55,560 nt of DNA, from assembly GCA_964522545.1 (NCBI GenBank), contig CAZFWM010000002.1, positions 22,289 through 77,848 of the forward strand. Direction: 5' to 3'. Of the stretch, positions 26,377 to 36,751 are shown piece by piece. The first letter of the stretch is position 1, and the number at the start of each line of letters is the position of its first letter. The position numbers and the translations under genes are program-made. The notes under the pieces were generated by a model. It worked only from the letters and a program-made list of their open reading frames with translations, ran no database searches and was not told the DNA's origin. The DNA is from an uncultured Thermodesulfobacteriota bacterium. GTDB lineage: Bacteria; Desulfobacterota; DSWW01; CAZFWM01.

Positions 26377-29300
26377 ATGGCTGAAAGAGCGCATCCCGAA
26401 GATCCAGGCTTTAGTGAGGGAAGTCCATATAGAACACAATTATTGCAACGTTATCATTTTGCTAGACAGTCTTTGAAAGGTGAAATAATTGTTGATATTC
26501 CATGCGGTGTTGGATGGGGATCCAGTTTATTGAAAGCCGAGAAGGTTATAGGAATAGATATTTCTCAAGAAGGTATCCAATATGCAAAAACTCATTATCC
26601 TAATTGCTTTTTTCTAGTAGGCGATATGGAAAAAATTCCATTGCCATCTGGAAAGATTGACACTGTTGTATGTCTGGAAGGATTAGAGCACGTTCCTAAA
26701 AATGTTGGTCTATCTTTTTTAGGGGAAGTAGAAAGAACTCTTAAAAAGAGCGGAACATTGATCTTAACAGTTCCAGTTATCTTACCAGGCGGCAAACATT
26801 CTGGAAATTCATACCATTGTTACGAATACCCCCTCCGTGAACTTAAAGAAATTCTTTGTAAATTTTTCAAATTAAGCTTATTTGAGCTTCGAAGGGGACC
26901 GGATTGTCCTATAGTCTATGTTGTTGCTACAAAGATTCCCTTAGCATTCAATAAAACAATAGTTCCCCAATATAACGACAGGGTCGATATAATCCAAGAT
27001 CCGGAGGAACGAAAAAGCTTGCCGCACTCGGGTACATATAACCAGGCACAAATGAGGGAAGAAGGAAAAAGGAAAATGAATCAGCCCAAAACGGTAGTCC
27101 TCACAACGTCGGCCGCGCCGGAGATCTCCCCCTTCTCCACGATCGAGAAGCTCCCTCCCTTGGGCATGGGATCGCTCATGTCTATACTCAGGGGGGCCGG
27201 ACATAAAATAGCCTTTGTAGACAATTTCCTCCGGCCGACTGGATTTCCAGGATCGCTCCGCCTGGCTGACCACTCGGTCGATTTTGTGGGCATCCACGCC
27301 AATACAATCTGTCTGCGCGACACGCTCCGCATGATCGAAGCCCTAGAGACGCAACGAAAGGAGGGGTGGAAGGGTAAGATCCTGGTAGGCGGCCCCCATG
27401 CCAAGGTCGCCTTGGAGACTCTGCCAGAGGGAGTCGACCACATCGTGGTCGGCGAGGGGGAGGAGGTAATCCTCGATATCGTCGAAGGTCGGATCGAAGA
27501 CCGGATCATACGGACTCCCCGAATTAAGGATCTTGACGACATCCCCATCCGCCCATGGGACCTATTTGCAAAACTGCCGTACCCCTTCTCAGTACCTTGG
27601 TTTCCCGAAAAGCCGGTCTTCCCGATGAACACCTCCAGGGGGTGCCCCTTTCAGTGCTTCTTCTGCTCGGTCGGAACGCTCTGGGACCACAAATATACAT
27701 ATATGAGTGCTGAACGCATCGTCGAAGAAATAAGCCACTTGGTCTCCAGCTACGGTGTGCGCGGCATCTACTTCCGCGAGGACAACTTCACCGTGCGACG
27801 GGATCGGGTCGAGGCCTTCTGCGAGCTCGTGAAGAGAAAAGGCCTTGACATCAAGTGGGTTTGCGAGACCCGGGTGAGCGCCCTGGACCGCGAGCTCATT
27901 CAAACCATGTATGAGGCCGGGTGCCGGGCCTACTACCTCGGTGTGGAAAGCGGGAGCCAGCGCGTGCTGGACTTCCTCCAGAAAAAGCTCACCGTCGGCC
28001 AGATCCGGGAGGTCTTTGCCGGGTGTCGTGAGATCGGGATGCGCACGGCGGCCAGTTTAGTAGTGGGCGTGCCGACCGAGACACCAGACGAGCTCTCTGA
28101 AACCATCCGCCTCAGTAAAGAGATACGACCCGACACCTGCTGGTGGAATATCTTCGTAGGTCTCCCGACGAGCGGACTCTATCACTACGTCCTGGAGAAC
28201 AACCTCCACGAGCACATCGACGACCGGGGTCTCGTCTATCTCAAGGGCCACAACGAGCGGGTCGACCGCTTCTACAACGGCCTCCCGTCGGCCAAGATCC
28301 CGGCCCCCTCCCTTAATGCGGCAAAGCCGCAAGCTATCAGCTATCAGCCTTCAGCTGTCAGCTCCCCCAATCCTCGCCCCACAGAGAATTCTCGAAAGAT
28401 CTCCGGAAAGGATCCCAAAGTGAGCGTGGTCATGAGCGTGCACAACGGGGAAAAATATCTGGCCGGAGCGACCCACAGCATCCTGGCGCAGACCTTCGCC
28501 GACTTCGAATTCATCATCATCGACGACGGCTCCACCGACGGGAGCCGGGCCATTGTACAGAGCCTCGAGGCCCCCCGCATCCGCCTCATCGCCCAGGAGA
28601 ACCGGGGGCTTGCGGCGGCCCTGAACCGGGGGATCGGGCTCGCCCGGGGGGCCTACATCGCCCGCATGGACGCCGACGACATCTCGGCGCCCACCCGGCT
28701 GGCCGAGCAGGTCGACTTCCTGGACGCCCACACCGAGATCGGCATGGTCGGATCGAGCTTCCACCAGATCGACGAGGCGGGCAGGATCACGGCCCTCACC
28801 CCTGTGCTCACATCCAACGAGGAGATCCAGGCACACCTCCTCGAGCAAAACTGGTTCTGCCACGGCTCGATGATGGTGAGGCGCGAGTGCATCGAGGAGA
28901 CGGGCGGCTATGACGAGACCTTCACGAGCGCCCAGGACTATGACCTGTGGCTGCGCATCTCGGAGTCCTATCAGGTGGCCAATCTCTCAAAGCCCCTCTA
29001 CCAGTGGCGCCTGAGCCCGGAGGGGATCACGGTGAAGCGCAAGGCCGAGCAGGACCGCTGCGCCCGGCTCGCCCGGGAGCGGGCGGTCGAGCGGCGGGGA
29101 TCGGGCAAGAGCCTGCCGGCCCAGGCGGCTCCGGCGGATCCGGCGGATCCGGACCCTCCTCCGGCCATGACGCAGCCTTCCGGTCCGGACGTCTCCGCTG
29201 CGCGGCTCGTGGCCGAGGCGCAATCGGCCCGGAGCCCTAAGGTGAGTGTCATCGTGCCCACCCACAACCGGCCGGACATGCTCACCGAGACGCTGCGGAG

Positions 29301-32037
29301 CATCCTGGCCCAGACCTACCGGGACTTCGAGATCATCGTCGTGAACGACGCCGGCATGGAGGTGGACTCCCTACTGAAATGGATCGACACGGAAGGCCGG
29401 ATCACCTATGTGCGCCACGCGAAGAACCAGGGCCTCGCCGCCGCCCGCAATACGGGACTGAGGCTGGCCCGCGGCGCCTACATGGCCTACCTGGACGACG
29501 ACGACGTGATGTACCCCAACCACCTGGCCACCCTGGTCGAGGCCATCGAGGAGGGACCCTGCAAGGTGGTCTATTCCGACGCCCACATGGCGATACAGCA
29601 GAAAGAGGGCTACCGGCACGTCACGGTCAAACGAACTGTGGCCTACTCTCAAGATTTCAACCGGGACCTCTTCCTGGTGACCAATTATATCCCGGTCCTC
29701 TGCTTCCTCCACGCACGAGAGTGTATAGAGAAGACCGGAGGATTCGATGAAAGCCTCCCGGTGCATGAGGACCACGATCTCTGGATCCGTATGTCACGGC
29801 ACTACGACTTCCACCACATCAAGAAGGTCACCTCCGAGTTCCGGATGCGCTCGGACAAGTCCAACATGTCCACGGCCCTCGAGCCCGAATTCCTCACAAC
29901 CATCGAGCAAATCTACAAGAAGTACGCCCACCTGACAAAGGACCGGCCCGTTCTCGTCGCGGCCCAGGGGCGCTACCTGAAACAGCTCCGCGAGCGGATC
30001 CAACAGTCTCAGTCCGGGCTGCCCGGGAGTGCCCCCGAGAACGTTCAGGTGGATAGTTCCGCTCCTTCCGAGGGCCCTTCGCCGTCTCCGGCCCCGACGT
30101 CCGGACCCGCCGTCGCCGAATCGCCCGAGGTTCCGACCGAGGCGCAGCCGACCGCCGAGCGCGTGAGTGTGTCCGAACCGGCAACGCAAGCGGGCCGGGA
30201 AGGACCGGTATGCTCGATCATCATCCCCGTGTTCAACCAGCTCGAGCACACGAGTCGCTGCCTCGAAGCGATAGAGCGGAACACCAGCGAAACCGACTGC
30301 GAGATCATCGTCGTGGACAACGCTTCATCGGACGGGACGGCGGACTACCTGGAAAAGATCAAGCGCCATGTGCGGACCGTCACCAACACCGAGAACCTCG
30401 GCTTTTCCAAGGCCAACAACCAGGGAGCCGGGATCGCGCGCGGCGAGTTTCTCGTCTTCCTGAACAACGACACCGTGCCCCAGCCGGGCTGGCTCGAGGC
30501 CATGGTCGATTCGGCCCGCTCCCGGCCCGACGTGGCCGTGGTGGGGGCCAAGCTCCTCTACCCTGACGACACGGTCCAGCACGCCGGCGTGGTTTTCAAC
30601 GAAAGACGATGCTCTCCCTATCACGTATACCAAGGCCTGCACCGCGACCACCCGGCGGCAAACCGCGAGCGGGAGTTTCCGGTGGTAACCGGCGCCTGCA
30701 TGCTCGTGCGGCGTTCGGTATTCCAGGAAGTGAACGGCTTCGACGAAAGCTATGTCAACTGTTTCGAGGACGTGGACCTCTGCCTCAAGGTCCGCGAGAG
30801 GGGCCACAAGGTCCTCTACACCCCGCGCAGTGTGGCCTATCACTTCGAGGGGCAGAGCGAGGGGCGGAGAGACGCGGTCCTAAAGAGCGGCCAGATCCTG
30901 GCGATAAAATGGGGGGACAAGCTGCCCCTCGACGAAGAGAAGCGCATCCTGGACGAGGATGGGTTCAAGGTGACTTACACCGAGGAGGGTAAGATCATGA
31001 TCAAAACGAAAAACGGAGATGAAGTCGGACGTCTGGCCGAGGCGCACAGCCACGAGGAGAAGGGCCTGTTCGATCTGGCGATGGGCTGTTATCAGTCGAT
31101 CCTGAAAGCGAAGCCGGACTGTGCAGAAGCCCTCCACGGCCTGGGCCGCATCCACCAGATGATGAACCGGTTCAAGGAGGCGGAGGAGTGCTTTACGAAC
31201 CTCGTAAAGCTGGAGCCCAAGATCGACCATTACCTCGCGCTGGCAAAGCTCCACATAAAACAGGGGAAGATCATCCGGGCCATCGAGAGCCTCGATCTGG
31301 CCCGCTCCCTCAACGGCCACAAGGATGCCGTCGCCTTCGAGATATACACTTCACTGGGCGACTGCTACGTAAAGACCGGCCACCTCGAGGCGGCCCAGAA
31401 GAGCTATTCTCACGCCGAGGAGTGCGATATCGAATCCGAAAAGCCGTTCCTGGGATATGGCTCGATCGCCATGCTCAGCGGCGACTTTCTCACGGCACGG
31501 AAACGCTTCTCCAAGGCCCTCGGAATAAACCGGCGCAGCGACAAGGCCCTCTGCGGGCTCGGGATATCCTGCATGGAGTCCGGAGACGGCGAGGCCGGAT
31601 TCCAGTACATCTGCGACGCCCTGTCGGTCAATCCCGACAACCTCACGGCACTGTTCAGCATCATCAAGGTCGCCTACGCTCTGGACCGGCTCGAGGTCGC
31701 CGAGGAGCACATGAAAAAGTACCTGGCTCTGCACCCGGCCAACATCGATGTGCTCTACAGCCTCGGCGGCGTCTGCTTCAAGCAGAGCAAGTATGCCGAA
31801 GCACGGGAGATGGCTGAGAAGGTTCTCATATTCAATCCCGATCACGAGGGCGCCCGGGAGATCCTGTCGGCCTTGTCCCAGGCCGGGCACGGTGAGTCAG
31901 ACGTCCTGAAGGAAAAGGAGGCCGCCGCGAGGAGAGCGGCACAAGGGAGCGAAGCGAAGCCGACGGCCGAGGCCCAAGAGAGTCCCCTCGTGAAAAGGCC
32001 GCAAGAGGGCCAGGCAAGAGTGAACGAATTGGCATAG
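26377..32037 (+). CDS. 1886-aa multidomain protein: SAM MTase + B12-binding radical SAM + 3x GT2 + TPR
   Basis: VDIPCGVGWG (MTase); VGGPH, GEGE and SRGCPFQCFFC (B12/radical SAM); three GT2 modules (VSVVMSVHN/DDGSTD/MDADD; VSVIVPTHN/LDDDD; SIIIPVFN/DNASSD/LNND); TPRs at the C-terminus. Confidence 0.9.
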   Translation: MAERAHPEDPGFSEGSPYRTQLLQRYHFARQSLKGEIIVDIPCGVGWGSSLLKAEKVIGIDISQEGIQYAKTHYPNCFFLVGDMEKIPLPSGKIDTVVCLEGLEHVPKNVGLSFLGEVERTLKKSGTLILTVPVILPGGKHSGNSYHCYEYPLRELKEILCKFFKLSLFELRRGPDCPIVYVVATKIPLAFNKTIVPQYNDRVDIIQDPEERKSLPHSGTYNQAQMREEGKRKMNQPKTVVLTTSAAPEISPFSTIEKLPPLGMGSLMSILRGAGHKIAFVDNFLRPTGFPGSLRLADHSVDFVGIHANTICLRDTLRMIEALETQRKEGWKGKILVGGPHAKVALETLPEGVDHIVVGEGEEVILDIVEGRIEDRIIRTPRIKDLDDIPIRPWDLFAKLPYPFSVPWFPEKPVFPMNTSRGCPFQCFFCSVGTLWDHKYTYMSAERIVEEISHLVSSYGVRGIYFREDNFTVRRDRVEAFCELVKRKGLDIKWVCETRVSALDRELIQTMYEAGCRAYYLGVESGSQRVLDFLQKKLTVGQIREVFAGCREIGMRTAASLVVGVPTETPDELSETIRLSKEIRPDTCWWNIFVGLPTSGLYHYVLENNLHEHIDDRGLVYLKGHNERVDRFYNGLPSAKIPAPSLNAAKPQAISYQPSAVSSPNPRPTENSRKISGKDPKVSVVMSVHNGEKYLAGATHSILAQTFADFEFIIIDDGSTDGSRAIVQSLEAPRIRLIAQENRGLAAALNRGIGLARGAYIARMDADDISAPTRLAEQVDFLDAHTEIGMVGSSFHQIDEAGRITALTPVLTSNEEIQAHLLEQNWFCHGSMMVRRECIEETGGYDETFTSAQDYDLWLRISESYQVANLSKPLYQWRLSPEGITVKRKAEQDRCARLARERAVERRGSGKSLPAQAAPADPADPDPPPAMTQPSGPDVSAARLVAEAQSARSPKVSVIVPTHNRPDMLTETLRSILAQTYRDFEIIVVNDAGMEVDSLLKWIDTEGRITYVRHAKNQGLAAARNTGLRLARGAYMAYLDDDDVMYPNHLATLVEAIEEGPCKVVYSDAHMAIQQKEGYRHVTVKRTVAYSQDFNRDLFLVTNYIPVLCFLHARECIEKTGGFDESLPVHEDHDLWIRMSRHYDFHHIKKVTSEFRMRSDKSNMSTALEPEFLTTIEQIYKKYAHLTKDRPVLVAAQGRYLKQLRERIQQSQSGLPGSAPENVQVDSSAPSEGPSPSPAPTSGPAVAESPEVPTEAQPTAERVSVSEPATQAGREGPVCSIIIPVFNQLEHTSRCLEAIERNTSETDCEIIVVDNASSDGTADYLEKIKRHVRTVTNTENLGFSKANNQGAGIARGEFLVFLNNDTVPQPGWLEAMVDSARSRPDVAVVGAKLLYPDDTVQHAGVVFNERRCSPYHVYQGLHRDHPAANREREFPVVTGACMLVRRSVFQEVNGFDESYVNCFEDVDLCLKVRERGHKVLYTPRSVAYHFEGQSEGRRDAVLKSGQILAIKWGDKLPLDEEKRILDEDGFKVTYTEEGKIMIKTKNGDEVGRLAEAHSHEEKGLFDLAMGCYQSILKAKPDCAEALHGLGRIHQMMNRFKEAEECFTNLVKLEPKIDHYLALAKLHIKQGKIIRAIESLDLARSLNGHKDAVAFEIYTSLGDCYVKTGHLEAAQKSYSHAEECDIESEKPFLGYGSIAMLSGDFLTARKRFSKALGINRRSDKALCGLGISCMESGDGEAGFQYICDALSVNPDNLTALFSIIKVAYALDRLEVAEEHMKKYLALHPANIDVLYSLGGVCFKQSKYAEAREMAEKVLIFNPDHEGAREILSALSQAGHGESDVLKEKEAAARRAAQGSEAKPTAEAQESPLVKRPQEGQARVNELA

Positions 32038-32151
32038 GGCAGGCAGTGCCCGCCGGTAATTTAGGGCCGAAATCCTGAGTCCTTTGATTGAACTTATCGC
32101 CCTTCGGGCGGACTTTTGATCTCTGACAATTCAAACCTTTCGTTATATAAA

Positions 32152-32224
32152 TTCACCACAGAGGAAGAAGGATTTTAATTCCATTGATTCTCTCTCTGTG
32201 ACCTCTGTGTCCTCTGTGGTTGAA
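32152..32224. repeat. ACCACAGAG...CTCTGTGGT palindromic intergenic repeat
   Basis: ttcaccacagagg...ctctgtgacctctgtgtcctctgtggttgaa, between convergent genes. Confidence 0.55.
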
Positions 32225-32316
32225 AAAATCTTTTTCACATGCTCCACGAATTTTTTCTCTGCGTCTCTGCGTTAAAATCCTTAAACGGAAAAAATTGGAT
32301 TTCTTATTCAGTTGAA

Positions 32317-32640
32317 TTACTCCGAGAACATCTCTTGTAAGACTGCGAGCACCTCGGATGCAGTCTTGGGAGTTATTTTCCCTAATTTACGAACAAGACG
32401 AACCGAATCCACAGTCCAGATCTGGTCCAAAACGATTTGTCCTGACTTCCCTTTGAACCTACAAGGAATCCTCGTAGGATAGGACCGCCCTTTCATCGTC
32501 ATGGGCGCGACGATAACAGTGCGAATATGATGATTCATCTCATCCGGTGAAACGACCAGGCACGGACGCATCTTTTTTATTTCATGCCCGACCGTAGGGT
32601 CCAGATTAACGAGATGGACCTCGAAACGGTTGATCACCAT
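32317..32640 (-). CDS. mazF: PemK/MazF family toxin
   Basis: VNLDPTVGHEIKKMRPCLVVSPDEMN and IVLDQIWTVD. Confidence 0.92.
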   Translation of the reverse strand: MVINRFEVHLVNLDPTVGHEIKKMRPCLVVSPDEMNHHIRTVIVAPMTMKGRSYPTRIPCRFKGKSGQIVLDQIWTVDSVRLVRKLGKITPKTASEVLAVLQEMFSE

Positions 32641-32888
32641 TCCCACTCGCCCTCTTCCCACTCCGTTGGAATTCGTTGGTCACTTTCAGGCAAAACATCA
32701 TCACCCATTTGAGCCATCTTTTGAAACGCCACAGCCCATCCGGCACGCGGTCGAGCTCCCGGAGCAATGATGAGGCGATTCCCATCCACTTGGATCTCTA
32801 CCTCCTCGCCGAGTCCTGTCTGTTCGATCATTGGCTTGGGAATACGAACGCCCTGAGAGTTGCCGATTTTTACGATTCTTGATTTCAT
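32634..32888 (-). CDS. mazE: AbrB/MazE family antitoxin
   Basis: MKSRIVKIGNSQGVRIPK with an EWEW tail; GGAGGTG RBS; overlaps the toxin start. An upstream palindrome TGTAATTACA (32906-32915) is a possible operator. Confidence 0.92.
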   Translation of the reverse strand: MKSRIVKIGNSQGVRIPKPMIEQTGLGEEVEIQVDGNRLIIAPGARPRAGWAVAFQKMAQMGDDVLPESDQRIPTEWEEGEWEW

Positions 32889-33041
32889 AGTAACACACCT
32901 CCTATTGTAATTACATTGTAACCACTCCAGAAGTTCTGTCAAGATCCATACCGGCTTTGGGGCCTGCCCCCGCGAAAGCGGGGGGGCCGCGCAACGTCCC
33001 TCAATCAGGTCTGCATCGAAGATGCGATTTTGTTCCGTGTG

Positions 33042-33071
33042 TTGACAACTTCGCACAAGCTCTTATATACT
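33042..33071 (+). promoter_or_regulatory. Sigma70-type promoter
   Basis: TTGACA-N18-TATACT. Confidence 0.7.
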
Positions 33072-33096
33072 TTTATTGATAATGCGTTTCAATAAA
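33072..33096. promoter_or_regulatory. Fur box
   Basis: TTTATTGA-TAATGCGTT-TCAATAAA palindrome just downstream of the -10 box of the fur-feo operon. Confidence 0.8.
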
Positions 33097-33120
33097 TACG
33101 GAGCAAGGAGGGAAGGTAAA

Positions 33121-33561
33121 ATGAAAGAGGCTGAATCGATTTTCCGGAGCCGTCTGAAAGAGAAGGGTTTCCGCTGGACTCCGGAGCGCAGGCTGATCCT
33201 CGATGAGATCCTTTCCTACAAGGGGCACTTCGACGTGGACGACCTCCACTTCCGATTGAAAAAGAAAAACGGGAAGATCTCCCGGGCATCGATCTACCGG
33301 ACCCTCCCTCTGTTGGTCGAGTGCGGGCTGGTCAAGGAGATCGTGGACGGCCAGGACCACGCGCACTATGAAAGTGCCTATGGACGGGAGCACCATGACC
33401 ACCTCGTCTGCAAGGAGTGCGGGAGGATGATCGAGTTTCTCGAAGAAAAGATCGAGGGCCTCCAGGAGAAAATTTGCAGGAAACACAATTTCTCCGCCAC
33501 TCGCCACTTCATGGTCATCGAGGGAATTTGTTCCCGGTGTCGGAAGGGGCAAAAGAAATAG
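33121..33561 (+). CDS. fur: Fur family transcriptional regulator
   Basis: TPERRLIL, SRASIYRTL, HHDHLVCKECG and CSRC. Confidence 0.92.
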   Translation: MKEAESIFRSRLKEKGFRWTPERRLILDEILSYKGHFDVDDLHFRLKKKNGKISRASIYRTLPLLVECGLVKEIVDGQDHAHYESAYGREHHDHLVCKECGRMIEFLEEKIEGLQEKICRKHNFSATRHFMVIEGICSRCRKGQKK

Positions 33562-33628
33562 GGCGGACCCCGTTCGGCGGGCACGGCCCGCCCTATCTAA
33601 TTCGACAAGACACATCCGGAGAAGTCAA

Positions 33629-34702
33629 ATGGCCGATCCTCACGATAAATTGAAGGGGCAGTTCCTCTCGCTCTTCCATCACGACGGCCGGGGCGTGGCC
33701 GAAGACAGGGCCTTCGTTCTCGACACCTTTCTCGAGTTCGACTCTCACATTACCGTGGGAGAGCTCCTTCAGCGGGTCGAGGAAAAGGGGATGTCCCTCG
33801 GCGAACCGTTCATCCGGGAGAGCCTCGATCTCTTCCTACGCTATGGAATCGCACATGCCACCCACTTCGAGGGCCAGGAGACCCGCTACGAGCATCTCCA
33901 CCTGGACGAGCACCACGACCACTTCGTCTGCGTGCGCTGCGGCAAGATCATCGAGTTCCGCGATCCCAGGATCGAGGCGCTCCAACTCGACATGGCCGGG
34001 GCCCACGGATTCTACAGCCTCCGCCACCGCATGGAGGTCTACGGCCTCTGCCCCCGATGCCGGGGCAGGGAGGAGGAGGCGATCCCCCTCTCTTCTGTCC
34101 CGAATGGCGGCCGCTGCCGAGTCATGCGCTTCGAGTGCGGGCCCGATGAGGAGCGCCAGCTCGTGGAGCTGGGTCTCCCCGTAGGGACCGTCGTGGAGGT
34201 GATCCAGAACGCCCCGCCCGGCCCGCAGGTAGTGGCCGTGCGGGGAATGCGCGTCGGGATCGACTGCCGCCTGGTATCCACGATCATGGTATCGATGGTC
34301 GAGGACTCACTCCGGTACGAGACAGGCGATCGGAACGAGGCCCCGGAGGGCGCCGGGGTGAGGGAGCCGCCGAGACCGGGGCCGTCCGATTTGCCCGGAC
34401 CACCCCGCCGCCGCCGCTGGGGGTGGGGCCGCCGGAAGGGGTACGGCCGGAAAGCGAAGGGAGAGCAGCCCGGCTTCGGCCGCCGCCTGAGCGAGTACCG
34501 GGAGGGCGAGACCGGCCGAGTAAAAAAGCTCATGGGCAGGGGCCGTTTCCGCCACCGCCTGATCGAGATGGGATTCACCGAAGGGACCGAGGTCCACGTC
34601 GAGAAATACGCCCCGCTCCGTGACCCGATCGAGCTCGTGATCAAGGGCTACCACGTCAGTCTCCGCCGCGATGAGGCAGACGAGATCATCATGGAGATCT
34701 AG
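33629..34702 (+). CDS. Fur-like domain fused to two FeoA domains
   Basis: HHDHFVCVRCG...CPRC; FeoA1 (RQLVELGLPVG); Arg/Gly/Pro-rich linker; FeoA2 (RLIEMGFTEG...APLRDPI...SLRRDEA). Confidence 0.88.
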   Translation: MADPHDKLKGQFLSLFHHDGRGVAEDRAFVLDTFLEFDSHITVGELLQRVEEKGMSLGEPFIRESLDLFLRYGIAHATHFEGQETRYEHLHLDEHHDHFVCVRCGKIIEFRDPRIEALQLDMAGAHGFYSLRHRMEVYGLCPRCRGREEEAIPLSSVPNGGRCRVMRFECGPDEERQLVELGLPVGTVVEVIQNAPPGPQVVAVRGMRVGIDCRLVSTIMVSMVEDSLRYETGDRNEAPEGAGVREPPRPGPSDLPGPPRRRRWGWGRRKGYGRKAKGEQPGFGRRLSEYREGETGRVKKLMGRGRFRHRLIEMGFTEGTEVHVEKYAPLRDPIELVIKGYHVSLRRDEADEIIMEI

Positions 34703-34703
34703 C

Positions 34704-36740
34704 GTGTCGAAGAAGATAACCATCGCGCTGGCCGGGAACCCGAACTCGGGCAAGACCACCATCTTCAACAACATCACCGGGGCCCGGCAGAAGGTGGGTA
34801 ACTGGCCCGGCGTCACCGTGGAGAAGAAGGAGGGGGCGGTGCGCCATAATGGATATAAGCTCACCGTTGTCGACCTTCCGGGCACGTACAGCCTCTCGCC
34901 TTACTCCATTGAAGAGCTCGTGGCCAGGAACTTCATCGTGGACCAGAGCCCGGACGTCGTGATCGATGTGATCGACGCGGCCAATCTCGAGCGAAACCTG
35001 TACCTTGCAACTCAGCTCATCGAGATGGGAGTCCCCCTGGTCCTGGCCCTGAACATGTCCGACGTGGCCAGGTCGCGGGGCTACCGGATGGATGGAGCGC
35101 GGCTCGGGCGGATGCTGGGCGTACCCCTGGTCTTCACCGTGGGGACCCGAAACGAGGGGACCAACGACCTGCTGCGCCAGGCGATCGAGGTGGCCGAGGA
35201 GCGGAGCCCCACAAGACGCCACATCCACATCGGATACGGCCGGGAGATCGAAGAGGAGATCCACGCCATCCAGCAGGTGCTGCGGAAGCAGGCGGACAGC
35301 GGGATTCCCTATTCGACGCGCTGGCTCTCCGTGAAGCTCCTGGAGGGGGACGAGGAGATCGACAGGCGCCTCCGCCTGGAGGAGATCGGCGGCCCGGAGC
35401 TCGAGGCCCAGACGGAAAAGAGCCGCACTCACATAAGCTCCCTCTTCGATGAGGCTCCGGAGGTCATCATCTCGGACCAGCGGTACGGGTTCATCAGCGG
35501 CGCCCTGCGCGAGGTGCTCCAGTACCCGCCCGCGGACCGGCGCTATCTCTCCGACCAGGTGGACACGGTCCTCACCAACCGTTTCCTCGGGCTCCCGCTC
35601 TTCATCTTCCTCGTCTGGGCCATGTTCCAGCTCACATTCAACGTGGGCGCCCTCCCGATGGGCTGGATCGAGCACGGCGTGGGGTGGCTCGGCGAGGCGC
35701 TCGCCTCTCGAATGGGCGAGGGAATTCTCCGGGATCTCCTGGTGGACGGCGTGATCGGAGGGGTGGGCGGGGTCATCGTCTTTCTCCCGAACATCTTCAT
35801 CCTCTTCTTTTGCATCGCCCTGTTCGAAGACACAGGCTATATGGCCCGCGCAGCGTTTCTCATGGACAAGGTGATGCACACCCTCCGACTCCACGGAAAG
35901 TCCTTCATACCGATGATCATGGGCTTCGGGTGCAATGCCCCGGCCATCATGGCCACGCGGACCCTGGAGAGCGAACGCGACCGCCTCCTCACCATGCTGA
36001 TCAACCCCCTTGTGAGCTGCAGCGCCAGGCTCCCGGTCTACATCCTCATTGCCGGCACCTTTTTCGCCGAGAGGGCGGGCACCGTGATCTTCTCGATCTA
36101 TCTGATCGGAATCGTCCTCGCCATCCTGGTGGGCCAGGTGCTGGCGCGCACCCTGTTCCGGGGCGAGGTGGCCCCCTTCGTCATGGAGCTCCCCCCCTAC
36201 AGGATGCCGACGCTCAAGGGCACGCTGATCCACATGTGGGAGCGAGGCTCCATCTTCATCAAGAAGATGGGGACCGTGATCCTGGCCGGCTCGGTCATCA
36301 TCTGGTTCCTCAGCTCCTTTCCCGCCGGGTCGCGGAGCGTGGACGAGACCTACCTGGGAAGAACCGGGCGGGCCATTGCGCCGGTCTTCGAGCCCCTCGG
36401 GCTCTCATGGCGCGACAGCGTGGCCATCCTCACCGGGTTCGTGGCCAAAGAAATCGTGGTGAGCACCTACGGGGTCCTCTACCAGGTCGGCGATGAAGAG
36501 GGCGCAGAGAACGAGTCCCTAAGGGAAGCTCTCCGGGCCTCGGGCATGACGCCCCTCGTGGCCTTTGCCATCATGGTCTTCGTGCTCACCTACACGCCCT
36601 GCCTTGCCACACTGGCCGCGATCCGGAGGGAGAGCGGTTCGTGGCGCTGGACCGCCTTTTCCATAGGCTATCAGACCGTACTGGCCTGGACCCTGGCCTT
36701 TTCGATCGTCCAGGGCGGGCGGCTCATCGGACTCGGGTGA
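34704..36740 (+). CDS. feoB: Ferrous iron transporter FeoB
   Basis: GNPNSGKT, GNWPGVTVE, DLPG, GFGC, SCSARLP and YTPC; GTG start 34704. Confidence 0.97.
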   Translation: MSKKITIALAGNPNSGKTTIFNNITGARQKVGNWPGVTVEKKEGAVRHNGYKLTVVDLPGTYSLSPYSIEELVARNFIVDQSPDVVIDVIDAANLERNLYLATQLIEMGVPLVLALNMSDVARSRGYRMDGARLGRMLGVPLVFTVGTRNEGTNDLLRQAIEVAEERSPTRRHIHIGYGREIEEEIHAIQQVLRKQADSGIPYSTRWLSVKLLEGDEEIDRRLRLEEIGGPELEAQTEKSRTHISSLFDEAPEVIISDQRYGFISGALREVLQYPPADRRYLSDQVDTVLTNRFLGLPLFIFLVWAMFQLTFNVGALPMGWIEHGVGWLGEALASRMGEGILRDLLVDGVIGGVGGVIVFLPNIFILFFCIALFEDTGYMARAAFLMDKVMHTLRLHGKSFIPMIMGFGCNAPAIMATRTLESERDRLLTMLINPLVSCSARLPVYILIAGTFFAERAGTVIFSIYLIGIVLAILVGQVLARTLFRGEVAPFVMELPPYRMPTLKGTLIHMWERGSIFIKKMGTVILAGSVIIWFLSSFPAGSRSVDETYLGRTGRAIAPVFEPLGLSWRDSVAILTGFVAKEIVVSTYGVLYQVGDEEGAENESLREALRASGMTPLVAFAIMVFVLTYTPCLATLAAIRRESGSWRWTAFSIGYQTVLAWTLAFSIVQGGRLIGLG

Positions 36741-36751
36741 GGGAATTAGTA

